Source: Bacteroidia bacterium (GTDB taxonomy: Bacteria; Bacteroidota; Bacteroidia; B-17B0; Aurantibacillaceae). From it: DNA of 38,612 nt. Of this stretch, positions 8,780 to 18,469 are shown piece after piece (the stretch's first letter is position 1; each line of letters begins with the position of its first letter). Both the position numbers and the translations under genes were made by a program. The stretch covers positions 1 through 38,612 of the forward strand of contig JAEUTM010000550.1 in NCBI GenBank assembly GCA_016788025.1, written 5' to 3'. A model generated the notes under the pieces. It was not told where the DNA came from. It did no database searches and worked only from the letters and a program-made list of their open reading frames with translations.

Positions 8780-8877
8780 ATCGATCTTACAATTTTAAGA
8801 CGTAAAGAAACTAAAAAAAAACGAAATTTTGGTAAACTTTAAGGCCTTGACCCTAAACACTTGTGAAACTTATACAA

Positions 8878-8927
8878 CAAAGAAGCCGCTCCGAATCCCG
8901 ATTGTTATCTGGACGGAGCGGCTTTCT
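8878..8927 (-). terminator. Intrinsic terminator after the Omp28-like T9SS gene
   Basis: Perfect 11-bp stem AAGCCGCTCCG (8883-8893) / CGGAGCGGCTT (8914-8924), with a T-rich tail on the - strand. Confidence 0.7.
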
Positions 8928-8948
8928 ATTCAAAAATCCTTTAAAGAA

Positions 8949-10952
8949 TTATTTACTCACTATGAGTTTTTCCTTCAAGACGGCTTTGCCGGCATGAACC
9001 ACTACCTGGTAAGTACCCGTAGCTAACTCTGAAGTATTGATATTCATTTCGTTTTTACCAGCAGGAACTTCAGTTCCTTTATTTTCATAAACTAATCTAC
9101 CGCTGATATCATAAATAGCTAAGTCTACTTTAGTAGATTTCTCAACATTTAAAGATAAAGTAGCGTAATCTTTAGCAGGGTTAGGGAAAATAGCTAAAGA
9201 TTGGCCAGATGTAAGATCAGCTACGCTGGTAACTGTAGGTTGTGGAGGAGTTGGTACATGAACGCTGTCTGACCATGAAGCAGTTTGTAATACGTGATTG
9301 GTAACAGTATCCTGAATGAACACAACATATTCATATACCAGGTCATTTTTTACAGATGCACCAACAGTACCGCTTGGAGAAGTCCAGAAGCTATAGCTAT
9401 TTTGAGCTGGAGTCGGATCTACATTACGGATAGCAGGTGTATGGTTAAATGAAACGGTAAATGGTGTTCCATCAGTAATTACTGTAGGTGTACCCCAACC
9501 GTTTGGATTCATTTTACGCATGATGTGGAAGTATTCTGTTTGCGGATTGCTAGCAACTGTGCACGTAGAACAAGAAGAGTAGCTGTATCCGGACTGAACC
9601 AACACTTGGTAAACTCTTACAGGAGAATTTGCAGAAATAGTAACCCAAGGTGTAATGGTAGCGCTGGCTGTAACAGTATGGTTAGCGGCTGCAGCAGTAG
9701 ATCCTGTAACAGAAAGAGTAGCGGTGATGTCAGCAAAAGCTGGTTCTAATTTACCTGCGTCGATCTCGGCTTGAGAGTGATTTTGCATTTCAGTTCTTCC
9801 GTTTACAAAAGCTTGAGGTACTGCGTTTACGTCATAGTGAATACGACGTGCAAGTCCATCAGGATTGTAACTAGGATCATCACCAGGAGAAGGCCAGTTC
9901 ATTTGATATTTAATAACATTTACAAGGCCACCGGTATTCGGGTTGTTTCCGTTAAGTAAAGCATTGAAACCGTTTGTTACGTTTAACACACGACAAGGCG
10001 CGCATGTTGACGAAGACCACTCTTCAACCAGTACGTTACGCGTAACGGATTTGCTGGCACGGTAAACAACATAAGAGGTAGTGTCATTGGCTAAGTTTGT
10101 TTCAGCAACACCATTTACATGGCTAACCCATACTTTTATTTTGTTATATCCTAAAGTTAAAGCTGCAGGAGTAGTAAATGAGTAGTTAGTCGATTGACCG
10201 AAGTTTAACGGGCTTCCGAAAGTGAAGGTCTGAGTAGTAACCGCACCATTGTTCACATTGTAGTTTAACACGGCGGTGTTAGCAGGACTGTAACCCATAG
10301 ACTTGAATTGACCTGCGATGTTTGGACTTGCAGAAGCCAGGTAACGTTCCACACTGGTGATACTCACTGCACTTCCGTCGTCAGAAGGGGGTACCATGAA
10401 GTTGAAGTTATCCATCAACAGGATGAATTTGTCATTTGAGTTGTTTACAAATGCAATGTTTACTGTTTGACCAGCATAAGCATTCAGGTTAACCACGCGG
10501 TGAGTCCATGAAGCATTTTCAGCGGATACCGTCAAGAGGTTTGTAGTAAAATTGGCAGTACCAGTACCCGCAGTCGATAACTTCACCTGATAACCATCGG
10601 GATACTGAGGGTCACGTGCGATCGCATCCCACTCGAGGATTCCATTAGCCGGAACTGTAAAAGTTGGCGTAATCAGCCAGTCATTAGAAGTTCCAGTAGG
10701 GTTGTACCATGATGTACTTGCAACGCATTTGCCATAAGTGGGATAAGAAGCAGTTGAGTTGTAAGTAACCCACGCATTTGAACCAAATGCATAAGCACTA
10801 AGGCTTGTTGAAACCGTTAATCCGTCACCATTCACTTGTGTCCATCCAGCCGGAAGTCCGGGAACAGTTGAGGAGCTGAAGTTCTCACTCCACACTTGTG
10901 CGTTCGCCAGGCTAGATCCCAGGATCGCTAAAGCTAATAATTGTTTTTTCAT
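8949..10952 (-). CDS. T9SS cargo: cleaved-adhesin-like domain + Ig-like domain + Omp28-like thioredoxin-fold (CAPC) domain + CTD
   Basis: Signal peptide (ANAQ); NDWLITP...YPDGY...NLNAYAGQTVNIAF; VLVEEWSSSTCAPC; C-terminal IFPNPA...YDISGR...GTYQV...KLIVSK. Confidence 0.8.
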   Translation of the reverse strand: MKKQLLALAILGSSLANAQVWSENFSSSTVPGLPAGWTQVNGDGLTVSTSLSAYAFGSNAWVTYNSTASYPTYGKCVASTSWYNPTGTSNDWLITPTFTVPANGILEWDAIARDPQYPDGYQVKLSTAGTGTANFTTNLLTVSAENASWTHRVVNLNAYAGQTVNIAFVNNSNDKFILLMDNFNFMVPPSDDGSAVSITSVERYLASASPNIAGQFKSMGYSPANTAVLNYNVNNGAVTTQTFTFGSPLNFGQSTNYSFTTPAALTLGYNKIKVWVSHVNGVAETNLANDTTSYVVYRASKSVTRNVLVEEWSSSTCAPCRVLNVTNGFNALLNGNNPNTGGLVNVIKYQMNWPSPGDDPSYNPDGLARRIHYDVNAVPQAFVNGRTEMQNHSQAEIDAGKLEPAFADITATLSVTGSTAAAANHTVTASATITPWVTISANSPVRVYQVLVQSGYSYSSCSTCTVASNPQTEYFHIMRKMNPNGWGTPTVITDGTPFTVSFNHTPAIRNVDPTPAQNSYSFWTSPSGTVGASVKNDLVYEYVVFIQDTVTNHVLQTASWSDSVHVPTPPQPTVTSVADLTSGQSLAIFPNPAKDYATLSLNVEKSTKVDLAIYDISGRLVYENKGTEVPAGKNEMNINTSELATGTYQVVVHAGKAVLKEKLIVSK

Positions 10953-10998
10953 GTGTTAGTTGTTTGTTGTTTGGTTATTGATGTTTATTTGTGTGTGA

Positions 10999-11748
10999 TT
11001 AGTTTAATACGGTAAGTTTTTTTGTGACTAATGTGGAACCATAACGAACGCTTACAAAATAAATGCCGGCGTTAAGATTATCGGTCTCAAGAGTAATAAT
11101 ATTTTTTCCATTGCTAAGGTTAACCTCTTTAGAGTAAACGCGTGCGCCAAGAGAATTAATGATGGATACCTGGACGCCCGAAATTTCACGATCTGAATTA
11201 AGGTTCATGAAAGCGTTTCCAGTTGTTGGATTTGGGAAAATTGAAGACAAACCCGACAATACAGAAGTATTTTTTGAAATACCAGTTGGAGAAGGATTAT
11301 ACTTCATATTAAAATCAAAAGTAGTTGTGTCAGCAGGACCTCTTGCCGAAAACTTGTAATTAACTTCCGAGTAACCGGCAATAATCGCTTCATCCAAATC
11401 GGTTGTAAATGTCATAGTATCACCAGCCGCCAGGTTTATAGATACATTCATGGTGCTTGCGTCATAACAAAGCTCTCCTGTACAGAAATAAGCAAGAGCA
11501 GGATCTTCTGCAGGCGGAGCGTTAAGCGCTACAATTGTTTTGCGAATAGCCACAGTGCGTGTTACAGCGCTGGTATTTTTCATTAAGAAATGATGTGTAG
11601 CTGTCTGGTCAGGAATAGTCTGGTTGATAACAATATCTCCGGTTGCGATGATTGCAGAATTCTGGTTGTTTATGAGTTGGAAATTCTGGCCGGTGAGACC
11701 CAGAGCTGAAATTAAAAGCGCAACAGTACTGATGTAGATCTTCTTCAT
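10999..11748 (-). CDS. Small T9SS type A cargo protein
   Basis: Signal peptide, one ~130-aa domain with YFCTGELCY, and CTD IFPNP...GIYFV...KKLTV. Confidence 0.8.
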   Translation of the reverse strand: MKKIYISTVALLISALGLTGQNFQLINNQNSAIIATGDIVINQTIPDQTATHHFLMKNTSAVTRTVAIRKTIVALNAPPAEDPALAYFCTGELCYDASTMNVSINLAAGDTMTFTTDLDEAIIAGYSEVNYKFSARGPADTTTFDFNMKYNPSPTGISKNTSVLSGLSSIFPNPTTGNAFMNLNSDREISGVQVSIINSLGARVYSKEVNLSNGKNIITLETDNLNAGIYFVSVRYGSTLVTKKLTVLN

Positions 11749-11901
11749 TTTAGTTCAAATTATGTAATTAGTATTAGAACATTAAAAATACGTTATTTTC
11801 ACTTAGATTCAAAGGTTTTGATGAAAATCACCAGCTAAATAAGGCGTTTTTTAACATTGATACTAAAAGTTCAGTCAATTTTGGTAACTAAATATTTAGA
11901 T

Positions 11902-11945
11902 AAAAAAGGCCGCCCCGTTCCGATAATTATCAGAACGGGGCGACC
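11902..11945 (-). terminator. Intrinsic terminator after the second Omp28-like gene
   Basis: - strand GGTCGCCCCGTTC-TGATAATTATCG-GAACGGGGCGGCC-TTTTTT, fully paired allowing G-U. Confidence 0.8.
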
Positions 11946-11964
11946 TACAAAAAGGATAATAGTA

Positions 11965-13953
11965 TTATTTAACCAGGTTTACTTTTTTAACGCTGCTTGA
12001 TCCATTTTCTGAGATCAGCACAACGTTGTAAATCCCTGTTGCAAAATTTTGAACATTAAGATCAATTGAATTTTGACCTGCGCTTAGCGCCAGATCTTTC
12101 GTGTAAACTACCTGGCCTAATGTGTTCACCATTTTTAAAGTAGCTTTGCTATTGTCAGACACCACTGTTTTTACGGTGAGGTTATTACTTGCCGGGTTCG
12201 GATAAATGCTCATCATATCAGCCGAAATCTTTTGGTTTGATAAACCAACAGCGTCAGTTTGAGCAACGTTAACGTTATCAATATAAATGTTGTTACCACC
12301 TGCGGCAGTAGTTACAAATTTGATCAGAACATTTGATTTGTTCATACCCGTTAAAGTAATTACCTCATTTCTCCACAAAGTTACATCGTTAGGAGTTGGC
12401 ACCCATGCAGGATAATAATATGGTGTAGTGGTAGCCAGCTCGGCACCAGATTTAGAGTACATTGGTTCCCAGGAAGCACCACAATCATAAGAAGCTAAAA
12501 CATCCAGAACGTCGTTGTCGCCATCTTGTCTTTGAGCATAAGCAACATCAAAACTCATTTGAATATTGTCTCCACCAATCAGGTCAAGTGGTGGTAGATA
12601 TAGTTCGCCACCGGTACCGGCAACACTATTGTAGAAATCGTATTTGCTTGATTCATACGAATTATTTCCCGCTACTGTTGAACGGGACCATCCTCCACCG
12701 CCAGCAGTATTCAATGCCATCCAGCCGGTAGGAGGATAAATTCCGTACATAAATTCTTCCTGAACAGGAGAATTGGTGAACACCGAAGCCACCATATAAT
12801 TCATTTTACTTGTATTTGAAATCAGGTTATAGTTTGGTATGTTCATTTGAATGTCGCATGAGAAAGTATGCGAACCATTTAACGTTGGAGTGGTTACAGC
12901 ATTCAATTGGATTTGTGTGTTGGCGCCTGCAGCCAGGTTCCCTGTCCATGTTGTTGGATTGCCAGCAATACCATCTACATATGGTGTAATGGTCATGTCA
13001 GTAATTGCGTTGGCTTGTCCTTCGTTAGAAACGGTTACCAAAGGATGAATTAAATTATCACAGGTTACATCAACCACGGGATTGCTAATTGCTGCAGCAT
13101 CTAAAGGGAGAACAGCTTTGTCGGCTCTTGCAGCCTGAGCTACTTTTTTATTTCCATCATCCTGTATAAAACCAACTAAAGCAATTTGTTCTTTACTTCT
13201 TACATAAGAAGGGATAGGGCAGCTCATGGTAAACGTTTGCGATTGACCCAGAGTCCATGTACCTGCCATGGAGATGCCATTTTGTAATGTAGGGAAAGAC
13301 TTGATGGCTACGTCTTCAAAATCTTTTTCACCGTTGGTTCCTGGTTGAGTTGAAAAATGAATTTCGCGTTCTACCATTACAGTTCTGAACTTCAGTGAGC
13401 CCACAGCAGTAAATGGAGCTGTTGCCACAATGTTAACTGTTAAATTTACGGCGGTACAAGAGTGATTCCACTCGCGAGTCATCGTTACAGAGAATGCAGA
13501 TGTATAAGATTGAGCAGTAGCAATAGCTCCATTGGTAAGACTGGCCGGATGATCGGATGAAGATCCGAAAGTCCACTGATGTTGGCCGTCAATACGTCCA
13601 GACGGAGCGGAATTTATACCGTTGCTAACAGCACTTGTGGGGGTACTTTGGCTTGGGTAGCCGTAGCCACCTGATGCCGCGCTTCTGTAACGCCAGTCGA
13701 TCTCAGCCTGGTTGGTTTTGTAAAGCGACCAGGTTGCGCTTGGCACAGAAGGAATTGGCACCTGCCATTTGATGGCAACAATTTTAGAGGCGTTGGTGGA
13801 GGACTTCAAAAGTGCATTTAAACCGGGGTTGGTTGCAGCACATGGTGGACATGTCTCTCCTGTGAATTCTTCATAAAGAGATAAGCGTGGGCTTTGAGCA
13901 ACAAGACTCAAACCACTCAAAATCAAAAACAATGAAAGTAGATTTTTTTTCAT
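11965..13953 (-). CDS. T9SS cargo with an N-terminal Omp28-like thioredoxin-fold (CPPC) domain
   Basis: LYEEFTGETCPPCA, PGTNGEKDF, LVGFIQDD, a beta-sandwich region (FDVAYA...DCGASW...NNIYIDNV) and CTD IYPNPA...GIYNV. Confidence 0.82.
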   Translation of the reverse strand: MKKNLLSLFLILSGLSLVAQSPRLSLYEEFTGETCPPCAATNPGLNALLKSSTNASKIVAIKWQVPIPSVPSATWSLYKTNQAEIDWRYRSAASGGYGYPSQSTPTSAVSNGINSAPSGRIDGQHQWTFGSSSDHPASLTNGAIATAQSYTSAFSVTMTREWNHSCTAVNLTVNIVATAPFTAVGSLKFRTVMVEREIHFSTQPGTNGEKDFEDVAIKSFPTLQNGISMAGTWTLGQSQTFTMSCPIPSYVRSKEQIALVGFIQDDGNKKVAQAARADKAVLPLDAAAISNPVVDVTCDNLIHPLVTVSNEGQANAITDMTITPYVDGIAGNPTTWTGNLAAGANTQIQLNAVTTPTLNGSHTFSCDIQMNIPNYNLISNTSKMNYMVASVFTNSPVQEEFMYGIYPPTGWMALNTAGGGGWSRSTVAGNNSYESSKYDFYNSVAGTGGELYLPPLDLIGGDNIQMSFDVAYAQRQDGDNDVLDVLASYDCGASWEPMYSKSGAELATTTPYYYPAWVPTPNDVTLWRNEVITLTGMNKSNVLIKFVTTAAGGNNIYIDNVNVAQTDAVGLSNQKISADMMSIYPNPASNNLTVKTVVSDNSKATLKMVNTLGQVVYTKDLALSAGQNSIDLNVQNFATGIYNVVLISENGSSSVKKVNLVK

Positions 13954-13992
13954 GACAAATAAATTAGTGTTAGTTTCCCGTTAAGGGATTAA

Positions 13993-14000
13993 CAAATATA
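13993..14000 (-). promoter_or_regulatory. Housekeeping -7 element (TATATTTG) for the Omp28-like gene
   Basis: TAnnTTTG match about 40 nt upstream of ATG 13953. Confidence 0.6.
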
Positions 14001-14100
14001 TATAAATAAGAACCCATTGCGCCAGGATTAATGTTAAAATTGGTAAGTGGCAACAAGGTAAGAATTGCCCGGTGAAGCGATGGATCTGCCTATTTATCCG

Positions 14101-14108
14101 TATTTTTG
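14101..14108 (+). promoter_or_regulatory. Housekeeping -7 element (TATTTTTG) for mfd
   Basis: TAnnTTTG match 16 nt upstream of ATG 14125, divergent from the 13993 element. Confidence 0.6.
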
Positions 14109-14124
14109 ACGCCTTATTTAAAGA

Positions 14125-17100
14125 ATGGTCCTGAATAAGTCCCTGAGCGGGATTTTTGATCCCGTAACTAACACGATAGACCTCTCAAAAAACTACTGGT
14201 TGAGCGGTTTAAACGGATCCTCCATGTCTTTTCTGATCCAATCGTTTTTCCTGCAGCATCAAAGGAGCATTTTAATTATTGCTTCAGACAAAGAAAAGGC
14301 AGCCTATTGGCTTAACGATCTCGAAGCTCTTCTTGGAGGTGAAAAGGTCCTTTTTTTTCCAGAAAGTTACAGGCAGCCATACCAGGAAGAAAAAACAACC
14401 AATGCCAACATCCAGGAACGAACAGAGGTTCTGAATCTTGTTTCCAGGGAAAACTTCAAAGGAATTGTGGTGTCTTATCCCCAGGCTCTCAGTGAAAAGG
14501 TTACCCTCAAAAAACAACTTTATAAAAATACCCTCCAGATAAAAAAGGGCGAGAAACTTTCTATTGATTTTATCTCGGAGTTTCTGGACTCTTACAACTT
14601 TCAACTGGTAGACTTTGTATTTGAACCCGGACAGTATAGTATCCGGGGAGGCATAGTGGATATTTATTCTTTTGCCAATCAATTTCCTTACCGAATCGAA
14701 TTGTTCGGCGACGATGTAGAGGCCATTAAAACCTTTGATCCTTCCAGCCAATTATCAAACGCAGGATTTGATTTTATTACCGTCATCCCAAACATCAACT
14801 CTTCTTCTTTCTCAGATGAGAAGGCTTTGCTTTTTAATTATTTTGATAAATCACAGTTGAGTGTTTTTGCTGAAGATACTCAGTACGCCAAGGATGTTTT
14901 TGATAAAAAATATGCTTCCGCTGAAAAGGCATTTGCCGAATATAAAGGAGAAATAAAACAAATCTCTCCCGAAAAATTGTATGCAAATTCAGATGAACTG
15001 GCTCTTCAGTTAAAAGAATTTCAGGTGCTGGAGTTTGGTGTAAGGGCGGGATTCCACGAAGAAAAACTTCAATTTAATCAGCGGCCGCAGCCCTCTTTCA
15101 ATAAGAATTTCAACCTGCTGATTAATAACCTTAAGGAAAACAAGAGCAAAGGATATAAAAATTATTTTCTCACCGACAATGTGAAACAGGCCGATCGTTT
15201 GATCAGTATTTTCAACGATTTACTTGCCAAAGAACACCGGACTTATGATTCCTTAATAGAACACATTTCATTAGATCTGCACGAAGGATTTATTGAAGAA
15301 GATCTTAAGCTTGCTATTTATACCGATCATCAGATCTTCGAACGCTACCACAGATTTAAGCTTCGCGAATTGAGATTGAAAAGCTCCGAAGCCTTTACCA
15401 TAAAAGAACTTCTCACCTTAAATCCCGGAGATTATGTAACCCATATCGATCATGGTATAGGACGTTTTGCCGGACTTCATAAACTTTTTATAAACGGGAA
15501 AGAGCAAGAGAGTGTGAAGTTGTTGTTTAAAGACAACGATACTTTATATGTGAGTATCCACAGTTTGCATCGCATTAGCAAATACAGTGGTAAAGAAGGC
15601 CAGGTGCCACGCATTGATAAACTGGGTAGTACTACCTGGCAAACCCTGAAGCAAAAAACAAAACGCAATGTAAAAGTTCTGGCCTACGACTTGATTAAAC
15701 TTTACGCAGAACGAAAATCGAGAGCGGGCCATGCTTTTCCGAAGGATAACTACCTTCAATATGAATTGGAAGCTTCTTTTATTTATGAAGATACTCCCGA
15801 CCAGGTGAAAGTAACACGTGATGTGAAACGCGATATGGAGCGTCCGCATCCAATGGACAGACTCGTATGCGGGGATGTGGGTTTTGGTAAAACAGAAATT
15901 GCTATAAGGGCCGCTTTTAAATCAGTATGTGACAGCAAGCAGGTAGCGGTGTTGGTTCCAACCACCATTCTGGCTTATCAGCACTATAAAACTTTCAGTG
16001 AACGTTTAAAAGACCTTCCGTGCAAGGTAGAATATGTGAACCGGTTCAGAACCGCCAAACAACAAAAAGAGATTTTTAAAAAACTGGAAGAAGGGGCCAT
16101 TGACATAATTATTGGAACCCATAAACTCGTTGGAAAAGAAGTCAAGTTCAAGGATCTTGGCTTGCTGATCATAGATGAAGAACAAAAATTTGGTGTAGGC
16201 GTAAAAGATAAACTGAAGACTTTTAAAAGCAATGTCGATACCCTCACCCTTACTGCTACGCCCATTCCACGAACGCTGCAGTTCAGCTTAATGGGTGCAA
16301 GGGATTTGTCAGCAATTACAACACCACCTCCGAACCGTTATCCTGTGCAGACAGAATTACATGGTTTTAACGAGGAGTTAATTCGCGACGCTGTGAGTTA
16401 TGAACTTAACAGGGGAGGGCAGGTATTTTTTGTGCATAATAAAGTGCAGAATATTTCCGAGATAGCAGGAACTATTCAGCGCCTGGTTCCTGATGCCCGC
16501 ATAGCCATTGGCCATGGTCAGATGCCTGGCGACAAGCTCGAGGAAATCATGCTTGGATTCATGGAGGGTGATTACGATGTTCTTGTTGCAACAACGATCA
16601 TTGAAAGTGGGCTGGACATTAGTAATGCAAATACCATTATTATAAACGAAGCGCATAATTTTGGACTTAGTGATCTCCACCAGATGCGTGGACGCGTTGG
16701 CCGCAGCAATAAAAAGGCATTTTGTTATTTACTTGCGCCGCCACAAATAATCCTTACAGAAGAAGCACGCAAGAGACTCAAGGCCATTGTTGATTTTAGC
16801 GATTTAGGGAGTGGTTTTCAAATAGCAATGCGGGATCTTGATATCAGAGGCGCTGGAAATTTATTAGGAGCGGAGCAAAGTGGCTTCATTAATGATATGG
16901 GGTTTGATACCTACATGAAAATATTGAATGAAGCTGTTGAGGAACTGAAGGAAGAAGCGTGGTACAAAGAAATTGCCGATCAAAATGAAACAGATAAATC
17001 TATTTTCTCGCGGCAGTTTGTAAAAGAAACGGTGTTGGAAACCGACCTTCAGTTGCTTATTCCAGATGCTTACGTGAGTAGCCTGACAGAACGTTTGTTG

Positions 17101-17505
17101 CTTTATCGTGAACTCGATAATATTACTAAGGAAGAAGATCTTGGGCTTTTTGAAAAAAACATGCGAGATCGTTTCGGGCCAGTCCCACCCGAAGCTATTG
17201 AGTTGATTAACGTGGTTAGATTGCGCTGGAAAGCCATGCGCATGGGATTCGAGAAATTAACGCTGAAAAATAAAAAGATGCTTGCTTATTTTTTAAACAA
17301 GCAGCAAAGCGATTATTTTTCGAGCCCGATGTTTAAAGCCGCACTGGCCTTCGCGCAAAAATATCCTAACCTTTGCGCCCTTAAGGAACAAAACAATAAG
17401 TTACATTTAACGGTTGAAGATGTAGATTCTATTAAGCGCGCTGCAGAGGTCTTGAGTCAAATGGAAGATCTGATAGAATTTCCGGAAGTGCAAAATGAAA
17501 GCTAG
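14125..17505 (+). CDS. mfd: Transcription-repair coupling factor
   Basis: RGGIVDIY UvrB-homology region, CarD-like RID (GDYVTHIDHGIG), CGDVGFGKT, DEEQ, TATPIPRT, QMRGRVGR and DLDIRGAGNLLG. 1126 aa. Confidence 0.97.
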   Translation: MVLNKSLSGIFDPVTNTIDLSKNYWLSGLNGSSMSFLIQSFFLQHQRSILIIASDKEKAAYWLNDLEALLGGEKVLFFPESYRQPYQEEKTTNANIQERTEVLNLVSRENFKGIVVSYPQALSEKVTLKKQLYKNTLQIKKGEKLSIDFISEFLDSYNFQLVDFVFEPGQYSIRGGIVDIYSFANQFPYRIELFGDDVEAIKTFDPSSQLSNAGFDFITVIPNINSSSFSDEKALLFNYFDKSQLSVFAEDTQYAKDVFDKKYASAEKAFAEYKGEIKQISPEKLYANSDELALQLKEFQVLEFGVRAGFHEEKLQFNQRPQPSFNKNFNLLINNLKENKSKGYKNYFLTDNVKQADRLISIFNDLLAKEHRTYDSLIEHISLDLHEGFIEEDLKLAIYTDHQIFERYHRFKLRELRLKSSEAFTIKELLTLNPGDYVTHIDHGIGRFAGLHKLFINGKEQESVKLLFKDNDTLYVSIHSLHRISKYSGKEGQVPRIDKLGSTTWQTLKQKTKRNVKVLAYDLIKLYAERKSRAGHAFPKDNYLQYELEASFIYEDTPDQVKVTRDVKRDMERPHPMDRLVCGDVGFGKTEIAIRAAFKSVCDSKQVAVLVPTTILAYQHYKTFSERLKDLPCKVEYVNRFRTAKQQKEIFKKLEEGAIDIIIGTHKLVGKEVKFKDLGLLIIDEEQKFGVGVKDKLKTFKSNVDTLTLTATPIPRTLQFSLMGARDLSAITTPPPNRYPVQTELHGFNEELIRDAVSYELNRGGQVFFVHNKVQNISEIAGTIQRLVPDARIAIGHGQMPGDKLEEIMLGFMEGDYDVLVATTIIESGLDISNANTIIINEAHNFGLSDLHQMRGRVGRSNKKAFCYLLAPPQIILTEEARKRLKAIVDFSDLGSGFQIAMRDLDIRGAGNLLGAEQSGFINDMGFDTYMKILNEAVEELKEEAWYKEIADQNETDKSIFSRQFVKETVLETDLQLLIPDAYVSSLTERLLLYRELDNITKEEDLGLFEKNMRDRFGPVPPEAIELINVVRLRWKAMRMGFEKLTLKNKKMLAYFLNKQQSDYFSSPMFKAALAFAQKYPNLCALKEQNNKLHLTVEDVDSIKRAAEVLSQMEDLIEFPEVQNES

Positions 17506-18469
17506 ATCACGTTCCATAATTATCCTGGGTATATTATTTGGTTATATACTCCTTCAGTTTCTCTGGTGGGAAATTTTATTGGTAAAACAAAACGATCGGA
17601 TCATTTCTGAAAAACAAAAGCTTATTGAACTTTCTTCGACGAACGAGGCGCAGTTGAGGCAGGACCTTGCCGTGTTGCATCACAAAAAAAAGATGCAAAC
17701 AGTAATGATCGTCAGTGAAGGCATGGTGTTTTTACTCCTGCTCTTGTTTGGCGTATACAAAATAAAACAGGCGGTTGACAAAGAAAATGATCTTAATAAT
17801 CAGCAGAAGAATTTTTTCCTCAGCGTTACACACGAATTAAAAACGCCGATTGCGGCAACTAAATTGCAACTCCAGACATTAAAAAAACAAAAGCTCGACG
17901 AAGGAAAACAACAGGAACTTATTGGCAATGCTTTACTCGAAACGGAACGCCTGAACATGCTCATTGATAATATTCTGCTGGCAAGTAATCTTGAAAACAA
18001 GGATTTTATATTTAACCTGGAAAAGGTAAATATTACCGAACTTACTCAAAACGTCCTGAATCGTTATTATAAAAACGATCTCGATGCGGGACACATTTCG
18101 ATGAGCCTGGAAGAAAATATTATGGTAGCCGTGGATCCGAATATTTTTCCCTCCATCATTATCAATCTCGTTGACAACGCGCTCAAGTATTCCCCATCAC
18201 TAAAGCATATTAACATTCAACTTTGCCGTGGAGAGAAGAGTAAGGTGCATTTATCAGTGAGCGACAGGGGAGTTGGAATTGACGACAAAAATAAGAGTCG
18301 GGTTTTTGATAAATTTTACAGAATTGGCAACGAAGATACGCGGAACACAAAAGGAACAGGCTTGGGATTGTTTATAGTAAATTACATTGTTAAAATACAC
18401 AACGCAAAAATAGGCCTGAAAGATAATACCCCGTCAGGAAGTGTTTTTGAAATTGAGTTTTATGTATAG
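17495..18469 (+). CDS. Membrane sensor histidine kinase (HisKA + HATPase)
   Basis: Two TM helices, HELKTP, NLVDNALKY, DRGVG, FDKFYR and GTGLGL. Confidence 0.92.
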   Translation: MKARSRSIIILGILFGYILLQFLWWEILLVKQNDRIISEKQKLIELSSTNEAQLRQDLAVLHHKKKMQTVMIVSEGMVFLLLLLFGVYKIKQAVDKENDLNNQQKNFFLSVTHELKTPIAATKLQLQTLKKQKLDEGKQQELIGNALLETERLNMLIDNILLASNLENKDFIFNLEKVNITELTQNVLNRYYKNDLDAGHISMSLEENIMVAVDPNIFPSIIINLVDNALKYSPSLKHINIQLCRGEKSKVHLSVSDRGVGIDDKNKSRVFDKFYRIGNEDTRNTKGTGLGLFIVNYIVKIHNAKIGLKDNTPSGSVFEIEFYV

